Shown here in pieces: positions 21,386 to 31,335 of a DNA stretch of 64,000 nt. The notes beneath the pieces were generated by a model. That model was given only the letters and a program-made list of their open reading frames with translations. It had not been told where the DNA came from and made no database searches. The DNA is from Rhodospirillaceae bacterium (GTDB taxonomy: Bacteria; Pseudomonadota; Alphaproteobacteria; Rhodospirillales; UBA2165), in the NCBI GenBank assembly GCA_018674495.1, contig JABHAA010000147.1:24111-88110 (forward strand), given 5' to 3'. Every line of letters starts with the position of its first letter. The stretch's first letter is position 1. The position numbers and the translations under genes are program-made.

Positions 21386-22684
21386 TCAACTGGCGGCGCC
21401 GAAAATCTCCAGATGGGTATTCATGTCACTTTCCGTGAACGGAAAGTCCTTGCCACCCTTTGGGAACACCATGGCGGTGCGCGATATGCCGGCCAGTCTG
21501 GGCTGCAACTCGGTTAGCATTTCCACCGGCAGACCCGCCTTCCAGACCAAGGCGGTTAGCCCTTTGGCGCTTTTGTTCTTGATAATGGCGGCCACGGTCT
21601 CAAGCGGGATTGAGGCGCGCACTGCCAAAGCCGAGGCAACGAACTCCCGGTCGCCCTTGTCGAGCGCCTTATAGATATGTTCCGCCAGTAATTTGCCCGC
21701 CTGGTGTTGCTGAAGGACGCCGGCATGGGCCGGATCACTTTCGATAATCGGGATACCCGCCGCGCCGTCGCCGCTTAGGCCCGAGCCGGACGAATGCGGC
21801 TCGGTCAGGCGGCGTTGCACTGCGGCAGCAACCGCGTTGATGGCGGCGGCGTCTAACTCTTTTCTATTTTGCAGGACATTCAGCAATTGATCGGCAACGA
21901 ACTGCGCCAGCCGCACCGCCGCACCAGACGGCAATTGGGGACGGCTCACCAGAGGCGCATGCCATTCCAGAATGCCCGCCGCCTGTTCGATAATCCCGTC
22001 CAGGGTTTCTTCGCGTATCTGCGCGCTAACGTTGGACAGCAACGCGGCAATGGCGGATTTGTCCAGAGTGCCGGCAACGGCATCGGAAACATCTTCTGCC
22101 AAACCGGCGCGCCTGGAAATGGCTGCCAATTGCCCAGACGCGGCGCCTTCGCCAATGACCGCGACCAGATCATCATCGGTCAGCACCGGCGAAAATTGAA
22201 GGACCGGCGCCGCCACCATCAATTCGGCGTCGCGGGCCAAGCGATTGATAATTTCCGGCGGCGCGCCGGCGACGTCTTTCAAGGCTTCCGACAAAATCTG
22301 GCGCACCTTAGGAATTTGATCCCGGGCCAGGTCTTGCAATATCTCCAAGGTCAATTCGCGGATTTCGGCGCGCGCTTCTTGGTCCAAGGATGGCGCCAGA
22401 CGGGCGATTTTCCCTGCCAGCTCGCATCGGATGTCCGGGTCCGGGTCGTGGGCCAGCATGGCGTCGGCCTGGCGCGGCGTGCCGGCGTTGGCGGCGGTCG
22501 CCAAACGCACGCCTGGCTCGACATCTTCGGCCAGGAAGTACAGCACCTCTGGCGGTGCAGCGCTTTCCGCCAGACGCCGGCGTTTTTCCGTATCCTTGCC
22601 GGCGGCCATGATCTTGGCTTTTTCATAGCCGGCGGTGCGGGCGCCAAAAATGCTGGCGCGAATTTTATCGAATAGCTTCATCAC
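21386..22684 (-). CDS. Conserved hypothetical protein, Ala/Leu-rich helical repeats (DUF2336-like)
   Basis: Long clean ORF with genome-typical codon usage. The DUF2336 label is a recollection of alphaproteobacterial homologs and is unverified. Confidence 0.55.
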   Translation of the reverse strand: MMKLFDKIRASIFGARTAGYEKAKIMAAGKDTEKRRRLAESAAPPEVLYFLAEDVEPGVRLATAANAGTPRQADAMLAHDPDPDIRCELAGKIARLAPSLDQEARAEIRELTLEILQDLARDQIPKVRQILSEALKDVAGAPPEIINRLARDAELMVAAPVLQFSPVLTDDDLVAVIGEGAASGQLAAISRRAGLAEDVSDAVAGTLDKSAIAALLSNVSAQIREETLDGIIEQAAGILEWHAPLVSRPQLPSGAAVRLAQFVADQLLNVLQNRKELDAAAINAVAAAVQRRLTEPHSSGSGLSGDGAAGIPIIESDPAHAGVLQQHQAGKLLAEHIYKALDKGDREFVASALAVRASIPLETVAAIIKNKSAKGLTALVWKAGLPVEMLTELQPRLAGISRTAMVFPKGGKDFPFTESDMNTHLEIFGAAS

Positions 22685-22836
22685 AACTTCCCAATTGAGC
22701 TATATATGGTAATGAGAGGCTGGAATTAAAAGCATTTCACTTAATTGACGGCGGGCCATTGCAGAGAGGCGGTGCATACGCCAAATTAAGAATAGATTGC
22801 AGTTATCCGGGAAGTCCCTGGAAACCAAGGATTTAA

Positions 22837-24708
22837 ATGAGACCCCTATCCACTGACGCGCCAAAGCGCTATTCCAAGCGCAACGATCTGGCCACCATAC
22901 GCACGCTTTTGCCCTATTTGTGGCCAAAGGGGTCGGCCAACATGCGCAGCCGTGTGGTAATCGCCCTGGTGCTTCTGGTGGCCGCCAAGGGCGTCAATGT
23001 GGTCACACCGATCCTATTCAAATTTGCCGTCGATGCCCTTGACGGCAAAGGCCAGGCAATTTTCGTAGTTCCCATCGCGCTGTTGGCCGGCTATGGGCTG
23101 GCCCGGGTGCTGTCTATCGCCTTTGGTGAGCTGCGCGACGCCGTCTTCGCCAAGGTCGCCCAGCGCGCCATCCGCGAAGCCGGGCTTAGAACCTTCCGCC
23201 ACCTGCACAAACTGGCGCTGCGCTTCCATCTGGACCGCCAGACCGGGGGCTTAAGCCGGGCCGTCGAGCGCGGCACCAAGGGCATCGATTTTTTGCTCAA
23301 CTTCATGCTGTTCAATGTCATTCCCACCTTCCTGGAGATACTTCTGGTCTGCGGCGTCATGTGGGGATTGTTCAATTTCTGGTTTGCGCTGGTCACGTTC
23401 GTGACCGTGGGATTCTACATTTTCTGGACCGTGGCGGTCACCGATTGGCGGCTTAAATTCCGGCGCCGCATGAACTCCATGGATTCGGAGGCCAACACCA
23501 AAGCCATCGATTCCCTTTTGAATTATGAGACGGTCAAATATTTCGGCAACGAGGAACACGAAAGCCGTCGCTTCGACGATGCCTTGCGCTCCTACGAAGA
23601 GGCCGCCGTCAAAAGCAAGGTATCGTTGTCGATGCTCAATATCGGCCAGGCGGTGGTGATTTCCATCGGGCTGACGGCAGTCATGATCATGGCCGGCTTC
23701 GGGGTGAAATCCGGCGTCATGACCCTTGGTGATTTCGTGCTGGTCAATAGCTACCTGATCCAGCTTTTTCTGCCGCTCAACTTCCTCGGTTTCGTCTACC
23801 GGGAGATCAAACAATCCCTCGCCGACATGGAGGACATGTTCTCGCTATTGCGGGTGGAGCGGGAAATCGATGATAAGCCGGACGCGCCGGCGCTTCAAAT
23901 TTCCGGCGGCGCAATAAGTTTTGAACATGTGGATTTCGATTACACCGAAGCCCGCAATATCCTGAAAGACGTATCCTTCACCGTTCCTGCCGGCAAGACG
24001 GTAGCCATCGTCGGGCCATCCGGCGCCGGTAAATCGACTATCTCGAGATTGCTGTATCGTTTCTACGACGTGACAAAGGGGCGCATCACCATCGATGGCC
24101 AGGATATCCGCGAAATCAGCCAGGATTCTTTACGCGCCGCGATCGGCATCGTACCCCAGGATACGGTGCTGTTCAACGACACCATCTATTACAACATCGC
24201 CTATGGCCGCCCCGGCGCCAACCCGTCGGAGATCGAAGAAGCAGCCCGCATGGCCAGCGTCCACAGCTTCATCACCGAGATGCCCGACGGCTATAACACC
24301 CGCGTCGGCGAGCGCGGTCTGAAATTATCGGGCGGCGAGAAACAACGGGTCGCCATCGCCCGCACCATCTTGAAAGGCCCGCAAATTTTGTTGTTCGATG
24401 AGGCAACCTCGGCCCTCGATACCCATACCGAGCGGGAAATCCAGGAAGCCATGGTCGCCGTCGCCGCCGGGCGCACAACGCTAGTGATTGCACACCGGCT
24501 TTCGACCATCATCGGCGCCGACGAAATTTTGGTCCTCGATCATGGCAGCATCACCGAGCGCGGCACTCATTCGGGGTTGCTGGCCGTCGGCGGCGCCTAC
24601 GCGCACATGTGGGAACGCCAGCAGGAAGCGGCGCGCGCGCAACAGGCGTTGGATCAAAATTCGGACAGCCAAGACGCAAGCGAAGAGGCCGCCGACGCGG
24701 CCGAGTAA
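22837..24708 (+). CDS. ATM1/ABCB7-type ABC exporter (fused permease and ATPase)
   Basis: N-terminal transmembrane domain of about 6 TM segments. Walker A GPSGAGKST, signature LSGGEKQRVAIAR, Walker B ILLFDEATSALD. Confidence 0.85.
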   Translation: MRPLSTDAPKRYSKRNDLATIRTLLPYLWPKGSANMRSRVVIALVLLVAAKGVNVVTPILFKFAVDALDGKGQAIFVVPIALLAGYGLARVLSIAFGELRDAVFAKVAQRAIREAGLRTFRHLHKLALRFHLDRQTGGLSRAVERGTKGIDFLLNFMLFNVIPTFLEILLVCGVMWGLFNFWFALVTFVTVGFYIFWTVAVTDWRLKFRRRMNSMDSEANTKAIDSLLNYETVKYFGNEEHESRRFDDALRSYEEAAVKSKVSLSMLNIGQAVVISIGLTAVMIMAGFGVKSGVMTLGDFVLVNSYLIQLFLPLNFLGFVYREIKQSLADMEDMFSLLRVEREIDDKPDAPALQISGGAISFEHVDFDYTEARNILKDVSFTVPAGKTVAIVGPSGAGKSTISRLLYRFYDVTKGRITIDGQDIREISQDSLRAAIGIVPQDTVLFNDTIYYNIAYGRPGANPSEIEEAARMASVHSFITEMPDGYNTRVGERGLKLSGGEKQRVAIARTILKGPQILLFDEATSALDTHTEREIQEAMVAVAAGRTTLVIAHRLSTIIGADEILVLDHGSITERGTHSGLLAVGGAYAHMWERQQEAARAQQALDQNSDSQDASEEAADAAE

Positions 24709-24715
24709 TAGAGCG

Positions 24716-25417
24716 CTAGCGTTTCGATTTCACCATATTGGCGCGAATGAATTGGTAGCGGTCGGCCGCTGCACCCTCCGCCTCTGCGGCCTGTTCCGGG
24801 CTGAGCTTGGCGGCGATGCCCTTTTTCACGTTGGCGAGCGGAGCGGCACCCATATGTTCGGTTGTGCGCAACCACATCATCGCCTGAACCGGGTCCAGGG
24901 TCACGCCATTGCCGGCCGCATACATCAGCGCCAGATTAAGCTGCGCCGGAACCAGCCCGGCATTGGCGGCGCGTAAATACCAGTCGGCTGCCAACTTGGC
25001 ATCGCGCTTGACGCCCTGGCCGCGCTCCACCATCAGCGCCAGATTGAACTGGGCGGGCCCTGAGCCGGCGCGCGCCGCCCGCTGGTACCAGTTTGCGGCT
25101 TCGGTAAAATCGCGCGCCACGCCGATACCCCGGTAATAAACCTCGCCCATGTGAAAAGCGGCTTCGCTGTGTCCCTGTAAAGCCGCCGCCCTGTACCATT
25201 TGGCAGCGCCGGCGGGATCGGGCGCAGCCCTCGCACCGGTATCCAACATACGCGCCAGAAGATATTGCGCCTTAGCATTGCCGGCTTCGGCGGCCTTTAA
25301 ATACCAGCTCATGGCCTGGCCGAAATTATCCGCCGGCGGCACTTGTGCCGCTGCGGGCAGACCAAACAAGCCGATGATGATCAGCGCCGCGAAATGGTTG
25401 AATGTAAACTTGGCCAT
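24716..25417 (-). CDS. Secreted Sel1-repeat (TPR-like) protein
   Basis: Signal peptide MAKFTFNHFAALIIIGLFGLPAAA. Repeated W(Y)..AA..G...AQ..L(A)..Y motifs. Confidence 0.8.
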   Translation of the reverse strand: MAKFTFNHFAALIIIGLFGLPAAAQVPPADNFGQAMSWYLKAAEAGNAKAQYLLARMLDTGARAAPDPAGAAKWYRAAALQGHSEAAFHMGEVYYRGIGVARDFTEAANWYQRAARAGSGPAQFNLALMVERGQGVKRDAKLAADWYLRAANAGLVPAQLNLALMYAAGNGVTLDPVQAMMWLRTTEHMGAAPLANVKKGIAAKLSPEQAAEAEGAAADRYQFIRANMVKSKR

Positions 25418-25495
25418 ACGGCCCCCGTAATCCCCTTGGCCCGCAAGACGCGCGGGCGGCAACATTCTAACGGAGGCGTTCGGGTACGGCCACGC

Positions 25496-25966
25496 CTATT
25501 CTTTGGCGCCCTTAGCGCCCTTACCCTCGACCGCTTCGGGCGGCAGCGGCTCGGTGATGCGGGACTTCAGAATAGCGTCCTTGTCGGCCTCGGACACCGG
25601 GCGCGGCAGGCCGGGCGATTTGAGGATCGGCCTTGGCGTAACCGGCTGAGGTGTCCGTCCGCTCATCTTGATGAAAGGTTCGGGCACCGGCTCGGGATCG
25701 CGCACCCAGAACGGAACCGGCGGCGGTGCCTGCAATTGCGGCGCCGGGGCCGGCTCTGGCGCATCAAAACGGCTCGGATGGGGACCGTAATAATTGACCA
25801 GACGGCGCTGGTCCGCATGGTTGGGCTTGGCGTGGCACTGCACCCCGCCGAGCGACTGATAACAGTAAACCGGGTCCTGATCATGCACCGCTTCTTCATA
25901 GGAATCGACGAAGCCGCAGCCGCTCAAGGCCATCACAAAACCCACCGACATAATTTTTTTATTCAT
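25496..25966 (-). CDS. Proline-rich lipoprotein, unknown function
   Basis: Lipobox ALSGC in MNKKIMSVGFVMALSGCGF. Pro-rich C-terminal half. Confidence 0.55.
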   Translation of the reverse strand: MNKKIMSVGFVMALSGCGFVDSYEEAVHDQDPVYCYQSLGGVQCHAKPNHADQRRLVNYYGPHPSRFDAPEPAPAPQLQAPPPVPFWVRDPEPVPEPFIKMSGRTPQPVTPRPILKSPGLPRPVSEADKDAILKSRITEPLPPEAVEGKGAKGAKE

Positions 25967-26046
25967 TCACGCTGCTCCTGGCGCCACTAATTTATTGCAC
26001 CAACAATGCCAGAAACTGGTGAAATTTAGATTAACCGGAAGCGGTC

Positions 26047-27051
26047 CTACCCGCTCACATCTACCACCACGCGGCCCTGCACCTGACCGGCGAGGATGGC
26101 GTCGGCATGGCCGGTGATCTCCGATAGCGGCACTTGGGTGATCATGGCTTCGAGCTTGTCGGCGGGCAAATCTGTTCCGAGCCGCGCCCAGGCCTCTATG
26201 CGGCGCGGCTTCGGGCAGAGCACCGAATCGATACCCAACAAATTGACGCCGCGAAGAAGAAACGGAATGACCGTGGTTTCCAGCTTTGGCGACGCCGCCA
26301 GACCCACCGCCGCGCAACTGGCGTGGGACTTCAAGGATGCCAGCAAATTGGCGAGGATCACACCGCCCACCGCGTCAATGGCGCCGGACCAGCGCTCCGA
26401 GCCAAGCGGCCCCTTTTGGCCTTCTTCCAGTTCGGCGCGGGGTACGATGGAGGCAGCGCCCAGGCTTTTCAGGTATTCGTGGGCCTCTTCCCGCCCGGTG
26501 GACGCGGCCACCCGATATCCCAGCTTGGCGAGAATGGCGACGGCAATGCTGCCGACCCCACCGGCAGCGCCGGTGATCAGCACTTCGCCGTCACTATCCG
26601 GGCTCAATCCATGATCTTCCAGAGCCAATACCGACAGCATGGCGGTATAGCCCGCTGTGCCGATGGCCATGGCCTGGCGCGTGGATATCGCATCCGGCAA
26701 CGGTACCAGCCAATCGGATTTCACCCTTGCCTTGCCCGCATAGCCGCCCCAATGGGCCTCTCCCACCCGCCAGCCATTGAGCACAACCCTGTCGCCGGGG
26801 ACGTAATCGGGGGAATCCGATGCCTCGACGACGCCGGCCAGATCGACGCCGGGCACGTGCGGATAGTTGCGCACCAGCCGCCCCTGACCCTTAAGGACCA
26901 TGCCGTCCTTATAATTCAGCGTCGAATATTCGGTGCGCACCAGCACATCGCCCTCAGGCAAATCACTATCGTGCAATTCGGTCATGGCGGCGGTTACCGC
27001 ACCATCGTTTTCTTCCAGCATCAGGGCCGGGAATGCATTGCCATCGCTCAA
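26047..27051 (-). CDS. YhdH/AcuI-type MDR-family NADPH-dependent oxidoreductase (acrylyl-CoA reductase-like)
   Basis: 334 aa. N-terminus (ALMLEENDG...V.TEYS.LNYKD) is typical of the YhdH/YhfP subgroup. Nucleotide-binding motif [10 protein letters not shown]. Confidence 0.75.
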   Translation of the reverse strand: MSDGNAFPALMLEENDGAVTAAMTELHDSDLPEGDVLVRTEYSTLNYKDGMVLKGQGRLVRNYPHVPGVDLAGVVEASDSPDYVPGDRVVLNGWRVGEAHWGGYAGKARVKSDWLVPLPDAISTRQAMAIGTAGYTAMLSVLALEDHGLSPDSDGEVLITGAAGGVGSIAVAILAKLGYRVAASTGREEAHEYLKSLGAASIVPRAELEEGQKGPLGSERWSGAIDAVGGVILANLLASLKSHASCAAVGLAASPKLETTVIPFLLRGVNLLGIDSVLCPKPRRIEAWARLGTDLPADKLEAMITQVPLSEITGHADAILAGQVQGRVVVDVSG

Positions 27052-28094
27052 CGTCGTTCCTCCGGATTATCCAAAATTCGCCAATTTAAATCGCGCCCAA
27101 CATGAAACGGCTGAACGCCGCCATCACCCGCATCCGGCGCGCTGCCCCGGGCCAGGGTCACGGTCCCCTCGTTCAAGGGGAGGCCATAAAATTCGGCGCC
27201 GAAGACCGAGGCGAAACCTTCCAAATTGTCCAACGCACCCTCTTCATCGAAGACCTGGGCGTATAGTTCCAGCGCGGCGGGCGCCGTGAAGATGCCGGCG
27301 CAACCGCAATCGCATTCCTTGTCGGCAATCGGATGCGGTGCGGAATCGGTGCCCAGAAAAAACCAGGGAGCGCCCGAAATGGCGGCGCCGCGCAAGGCCA
27401 GGCGGTGGGTCTCCCGCTTGGCCACCGGCAGGCAGTAATTGTGCGGGCGCATACCGCCTTCAAACAGGGCGTTGCGGTTGATGATCAGATGATGGGCGGT
27501 AATGGTGGCGCCAAGCGATCCTGCCTTGGCGTTCACATAATCCACCGCGTCCCCAGTGGTGATGTGTTCCAGCACCGCTTTCAAGCCGGGCACGCGGGCC
27601 AATAGCGGCTCCAACACCCGTTCGATGAACACCGCTTCCCGGTCGAATACATCCACTTCTGGATCGGTAACCTCGCCGTGCAGCAACAATGGCATGCCGA
27701 TTTTGGCCATGCGCTCGAACACCGGGTCCAGCTTATTGATATCGGTGACGCCGGCGGCGGAATTGGTGGTGGCGCCAGCCGGGTATAGCTTGGCGGCGGT
27801 AAAGACGCCGTCCAGGAAGCCTTCTTCCAGGGCCTGGGCGTCGGTCTCATCGGTGAGGTAGCAGGTCATCAGCGGCAGAAACGATGCGCCCTCGGGCAGC
27901 GCGTCCAAAATGCGCCGCCGGTAGGCGCCAGCGGCCTCCGCCGTGGTAACCGGGGGCGCCAGATTGGGCATGATGATGGCGCGGGCGAACTGGCGCGCCG
28001 TATAGGGGGCCACCAGACGCAGCATATCGCCATCGCGCAAATGCACGTGCCAATCGTCGGGGCGGCGGATTGTCAGTTGATCGCTTGCAGCCAT
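27048..28094 (-). CDS. pyrC: Dihydroorotase (homodimeric class II type)
   Basis: [11 protein letters not shown] metal-binding HxH motif. 348 aa, with E. coli PyrC-like organisation. Confidence 0.9.
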   Translation of the reverse strand: MAASDQLTIRRPDDWHVHLRDGDMLRLVAPYTARQFARAIIMPNLAPPVTTAEAAGAYRRRILDALPEGASFLPLMTCYLTDETDAQALEEGFLDGVFTAAKLYPAGATTNSAAGVTDINKLDPVFERMAKIGMPLLLHGEVTDPEVDVFDREAVFIERVLEPLLARVPGLKAVLEHITTGDAVDYVNAKAGSLGATITAHHLIINRNALFEGGMRPHNYCLPVAKRETHRLALRGAAISGAPWFFLGTDSAPHPIADKECDCGCAGIFTAPAALELYAQVFDEEGALDNLEGFASVFGAEFYGLPLNEGTVTLARGSAPDAGDGGVQPFHVGRDLNWRILDNPEERR

Positions 28095-28429
28095 GTTGCC
28101 TTATTTTCTTTAAGTCTGTCCGCACCAGTGATAGCCGAATTCCCCCTTATAAACAAAAGCGGCATTCCTCACCGGGTTGTACCCTTGATGCGACATATTT
28201 CTAGAATATCGACCATACCGTTTCACTACTATTCCTACCGATTCATACCGGTTCATACCGGCAAAATCGGATTTGGTGCGACATCGCCAAAGACCCCCCT
28301 TACGGTTATGACGGTTTATGACGGTTCCTTACGCTTTTTACCGAAATTCAACCATATTTCGATGGCGCAGCACGATCCCCCACCAAATACTTATATAGAA
28401 CATTTTATGAACGGCGCAAGTGGACAAAC

Positions 28430-28470
28430 AAAAAAAGGGGCCGGCCCTGAAAACCTCTGGCGCCGGCCCC
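28430..28470 (-). terminator. Rho-independent terminator downstream of the deiodinase-like gene
   Basis: On the minus strand, a GGGGCCGGC...GCCGGCCCC hairpin followed by TTTTTTT. Confidence 0.7.
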
Positions 28471-28497
28471 CTGTTTATTCATTGGCGTAGGTGATGC

Positions 28498-29172
28498 TCA
28501 ACCGCCGAGCGATTCCTCGATGGCTTCGACCCAGGTGTCCATGTTGAAACCGAACGGCCCCCGATCGCCGGTATAGGCGATCTTGCCGTCGGCGCCGACC
28601 AGATAAAGGCGCATGGGCAGGGACAGGTATTTATCTTCCACGCCATTATCGATGCCGTCGATGTAATAGGGCATCTTCAAGTCCATGGCGATCTGACAGG
28701 CAGCGGCAACTTCGGTGCGTTCGTCGTCCGTCGTCGGCTCGTCGTAGATAATGTTTTGGTCCAAATTGTCCTGCACCCGCCAGCCATCGTCGGAATGGGC
28801 TTCACGGATATAGATGCACATGAACTCGACGTCGTCTTTGTACTTGGCGTAAATTTCGTTGAGGCGCACGGCCACTCTACGAAAAGGAGGTCACGTGTAG
28901 GAGCCGAATATCAACCCCACCGGCTTGCCGCGAAAATCCGACAGGCTCTTGCTTTCGCCGGTGCGCTTCTGGCCCTGGTCCATGATATCGACGGTGAAGC
29001 CTGGCGCGTCCTCGCCTGGCATGGGCATGCCCGTGGCGCGCGCCTGATAGGTCGCTTGCAGCGCATCGAATTCGTCGGCGGTCATATCGGAGAGCGCGAT
29101 CCATTCCTCGCGCATCTGCTCCCGCGTTTTCTTAGCGCCAGCGGTGGGCGCGGGCTGTGGTGTGTCCGGCAT
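28498..29172 (-). CDS. Iodothyronine-deiodinase-family thioredoxin-fold protein with in-frame UGA (candidate selenocysteine) at 28891..28893
   Basis: Track ORFs 28891..29241 and 28498..28875 are in the same frame. They are separated only by TGA plus 5 sense codons. The joined sequence reads GKPVGLIFGSYT-U-PPFRRV...FMCIYIREAHSDDGW...LPMRLYLVGADGKIAYTGDRGP. This matches the deiodinase active site (FGS.T-U-P.F ... IYI.EAH..DGW ... LP.RLY). RBS GAGGAGAG precedes ATG 29172. Confidence 0.8.
28857..28881 (-). promoter_or_regulatory. Candidate bacterial SECIS-like hairpin downstream of UGA 28891..28893
   Basis: The mRNA segment CGUAGAGUGGCCGUGCGCCUCAACG (+13 to +37 from the U of UGA) folds by hand into an imperfect stem. 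The stem is CGU/ACG, GAG/CUC, a bulged U, then G-C pairs. A GU dinucleotide sits in the apical region at +25/+26. No folding program was run. Confidence 0.4.
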
Positions 29173-29247
29173 GGGTATCTCTCCTCGGGTTTTGCTGGAA
29201 GTTACTTGGCAACTGTAACCCCTGGTGCGTACCGGGATCAATAACCC

Positions 29248-29664
29248 CTACTGGGCAAGGCGCAGTAAAATTACCGTGACCGCGATCCACTGGGCCATGT
29301 GCAAAAATACCGAAAACCGATGCACGGCCTTGAATTTTCCGTCATTGCCAGCCTCGCGGGCGCGGTTGGCGGCGGGCACGATAAAGCGGGCGGAAAACAG
29401 GAACGTGGCGGCGACGCTCAGCATAGTCACCAGCTCGACCACGTAGCTTTGCCCCGGCGCCAATAAAAGCGCCGGCACGATGGCGAGCCCGGCATTCACC
29501 CGGTAATAAACCGGGAATACCTGGCGCAGAAACTTGGACGCGTCCTCGCGCTCGGTATAGCGGAACACCAGCGGGGTGAACAAAAACGCGAAAAAGCCCA
29601 TACCGCCGAACTGGGCGGCGACGGCAACCAGCGCCAAAACGTGAAGGTTCAACCAATCAAACAT
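29248..29664 (-). CDS. Small integral membrane protein (about 4 TM; DUF4149/TMEM205-like?)
   Basis: Four hydrophobic segments. Lies directly upstream of, and on the same strand as, the deiodinase-like gene. The family name is from memory only. Confidence 0.55.
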   Translation of the reverse strand: MFDWLNLHVLALVAVAAQFGGMGFFAFLFTPLVFRYTEREDASKFLRQVFPVYYRVNAGLAIVPALLLAPGQSYVVELVTMLSVAATFLFSARFIVPAANRAREAGNDGKFKAVHRFSVFLHMAQWIAVTVILLRLAQ

Positions 29665-29769
29665 GGGGGGTTTATGCTGGCGAATACCCGGCAATGCAAA
29701 CCTTGGGCGCGCGTCAATCGCCTTTTCTCAGCATGGTAAAACTGTATGGTAGGGAAAACAGGAGGTTTC

Positions 29770-30618
29770 ATGAAACTCATCAGCTACCACGAAGGCGGCA
29801 AGGCCCGCTACGGCATCCAAAATGGCGATGGCGTTATTGATGCCTCGGCCCGGCTCGGGCCTGAATTCCCCACACTCAAAGACGCTATGGTTGGCGGCAT
29901 GGACCAACTTCATAGCCTCGCCGGCGAAGCGGCGGATGTGGCGCAGGGCACCATAAAATATGATCTGCCGATTCCCAATGCCGATAAGATCCTTTGCGCC
30001 GGGCGTAATTACCGGGCCTATCACGAAGTTATCGACGCTGGCGGGCCGCTCCAATTCCCATCCATATTCGGACGTCTGGCCTCCAGCTTCGTGCCCCACG
30101 GCGGCGCCGTCATCAACCCCCGGGAAGGTGAAAACCTGGATTACGAGGGCGAATTGGTGGTGGTTATCGGCAAGCGAGGGCGCTCCATAACAGAAGAAAA
30201 CGCCATGGACCACGTAGCCGGCTACACCATCATGGACGAGGGCACGCTGCGCGACTGGGGCAAAAAAGGCACCCAGAACATGCCGTCGAAAAACTTCTAT
30301 CATTCCGGCGCCATCGGCCCCTGGATTGTCACCGCCGACGAGATTGCCGATCCCATGAAGCTGCACATCACCACAAGGCGCAATGGCGAGGTGGTTCAGG
30401 ACGGCGGCACCGATTTGATGATCTTCGACATCAAGTTCCTGATATCGCATGCGTCCAAATTCACCTGGCTGGAACCCGGCGACATGATCGCCACCGGCAG
30501 CCCCGGCGGCACCATCGCCGGCTCGGACAAAAAGATCTGGCTCAGCGCCGGCGAAACGCTGGAAGTGGAGATATCCGACGTAGGAACGTTGAGCGTTACG
30601 ATTGAGGATGAAGAATAG
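29770..30618 (+). CDS. Fumarylacetoacetate hydrolase (FAH)-family protein
   Basis: RBS AGGAGG precedes ATG 29770. Contains the FAH-family motifs DYEGELVVVIG and GDMIATGSPGG. Confidence 0.85.
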   Translation: MKLISYHEGGKARYGIQNGDGVIDASARLGPEFPTLKDAMVGGMDQLHSLAGEAADVAQGTIKYDLPIPNADKILCAGRNYRAYHEVIDAGGPLQFPSIFGRLASSFVPHGGAVINPREGENLDYEGELVVVIGKRGRSITEENAMDHVAGYTIMDEGTLRDWGKKGTQNMPSKNFYHSGAIGPWIVTADEIADPMKLHITTRRNGEVVQDGGTDLMIFDIKFLISHASKFTWLEPGDMIATGSPGGTIAGSDKKIWLSAGETLEVEISDVGTLSVTIEDEE

Positions 30619-30754
30619 CACTCACTAAAAGTAAACCGTCACCGTTTTAAATTTAGATTTCTGTCGCCGAACGGCAGCTTTTAGCCCAGGGGGAGACTTA
30701 AATACCATGGTGTTAACCGCTAAGCACAAGTGAAAATTCTAGGGCACATACCAA

Positions 30755-31237
30755 TTAGGCTCTAGCTGGCCGTACACCTCTCTTTAAGCTGGGTTTAAAG
30801 ACTCCAAATATAACGATGATCAAAATGGGTATCGTATTGGCCGCGCCAATCATCTCCTCTTTTAGTAACGTGGCTCTAAAAACATCAGATATGGCACCGG
30901 CATCTAAACTAGCTTTTGCCAGCTCTGTTAACTCTGGATTCATCGGAATAAGAAAAAAAGTCGCCATTACTGCGAGATAAACTGATAACACAACCTTGAC
31001 CCAAAGCCATTTCGGCCGTTTGGAATAACTCCAAAACATCAAGGCACCAGCAATCAGAGCAACCGTTAGCCCTGGAGCAATCAGAATATAGGCGACGTAT
31101 TCCATAAATATCCGACCATGGTACAACGCCTGCAAGTCTTGTCCGGCAACGGGTAGGATAACGATATGGGCCAGAATGCCGCCGACATACATTACCAACC
31201 CGACAATATGAAAAAACTTAGACAGTTTCATAAACAC
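30755..31237 (-). CDS. Integral membrane protein (DUF2269-like), in a low-GC segment
   Basis: Four or five hydrophobic helices. Codon usage is visibly more A/T-rich than in neighbouring genes. Confidence 0.55.
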   Translation of the reverse strand: MFMKLSKFFHIVGLVMYVGGILAHIVILPVAGQDLQALYHGRIFMEYVAYILIAPGLTVALIAGALMFWSYSKRPKWLWVKVVLSVYLAVMATFFLIPMNPELTELAKASLDAGAISDVFRATLLKEEMIGAANTIPILIIVIFGVFKPSLKRGVRPARA

Positions 31238-31296
31238 TTGAAGGCCCTCCGAGTGTTTTCCAACATCAATACATTATTAAATCAAGATTAAACAAT

Positions 31297-31331
31297 TTAG
31301 TTGACTAGTCTAATATTAACTGATTAACTAA
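31297..31331. promoter_or_regulatory. Candidate MarR operator in the divergent promoter region
   Basis: TTAGTT-GACTAGTC-...-TTAACT-GA-TTAACTAA. It contains a perfect 8-bp palindrome GACTAGTC, the outer inverted pair TTAGTT/AACTAA, and a direct TTAACT repeat. It ends 5 bp before ATG 31336. Confidence 0.3.
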
Positions 31332-31335
31332 TAAA

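Noticed and set aside
28240-28330. Short tandem motifs (TTCATACCGG x2, ACGGTT(T)ATG x2) considered as a CRISPR or other repeat array
   Set aside because: The units are only 9-10 bp, directly abutting with no spacers, and have two or three copies. No cas genes are present. This is not CRISPR architecture.
28041-28490. 149-aa plus-strand ORF covering the pyrC-proximal intergenic spacer
   Set aside because: It begins inside the pyrC start region on the opposite strand and runs through short-repeat DNA and a terminator hairpin. It has an implausible low-complexity sequence (..FHYYSYRFIPVHTGKIG..) and no RBS. I treated the region as non-coding.
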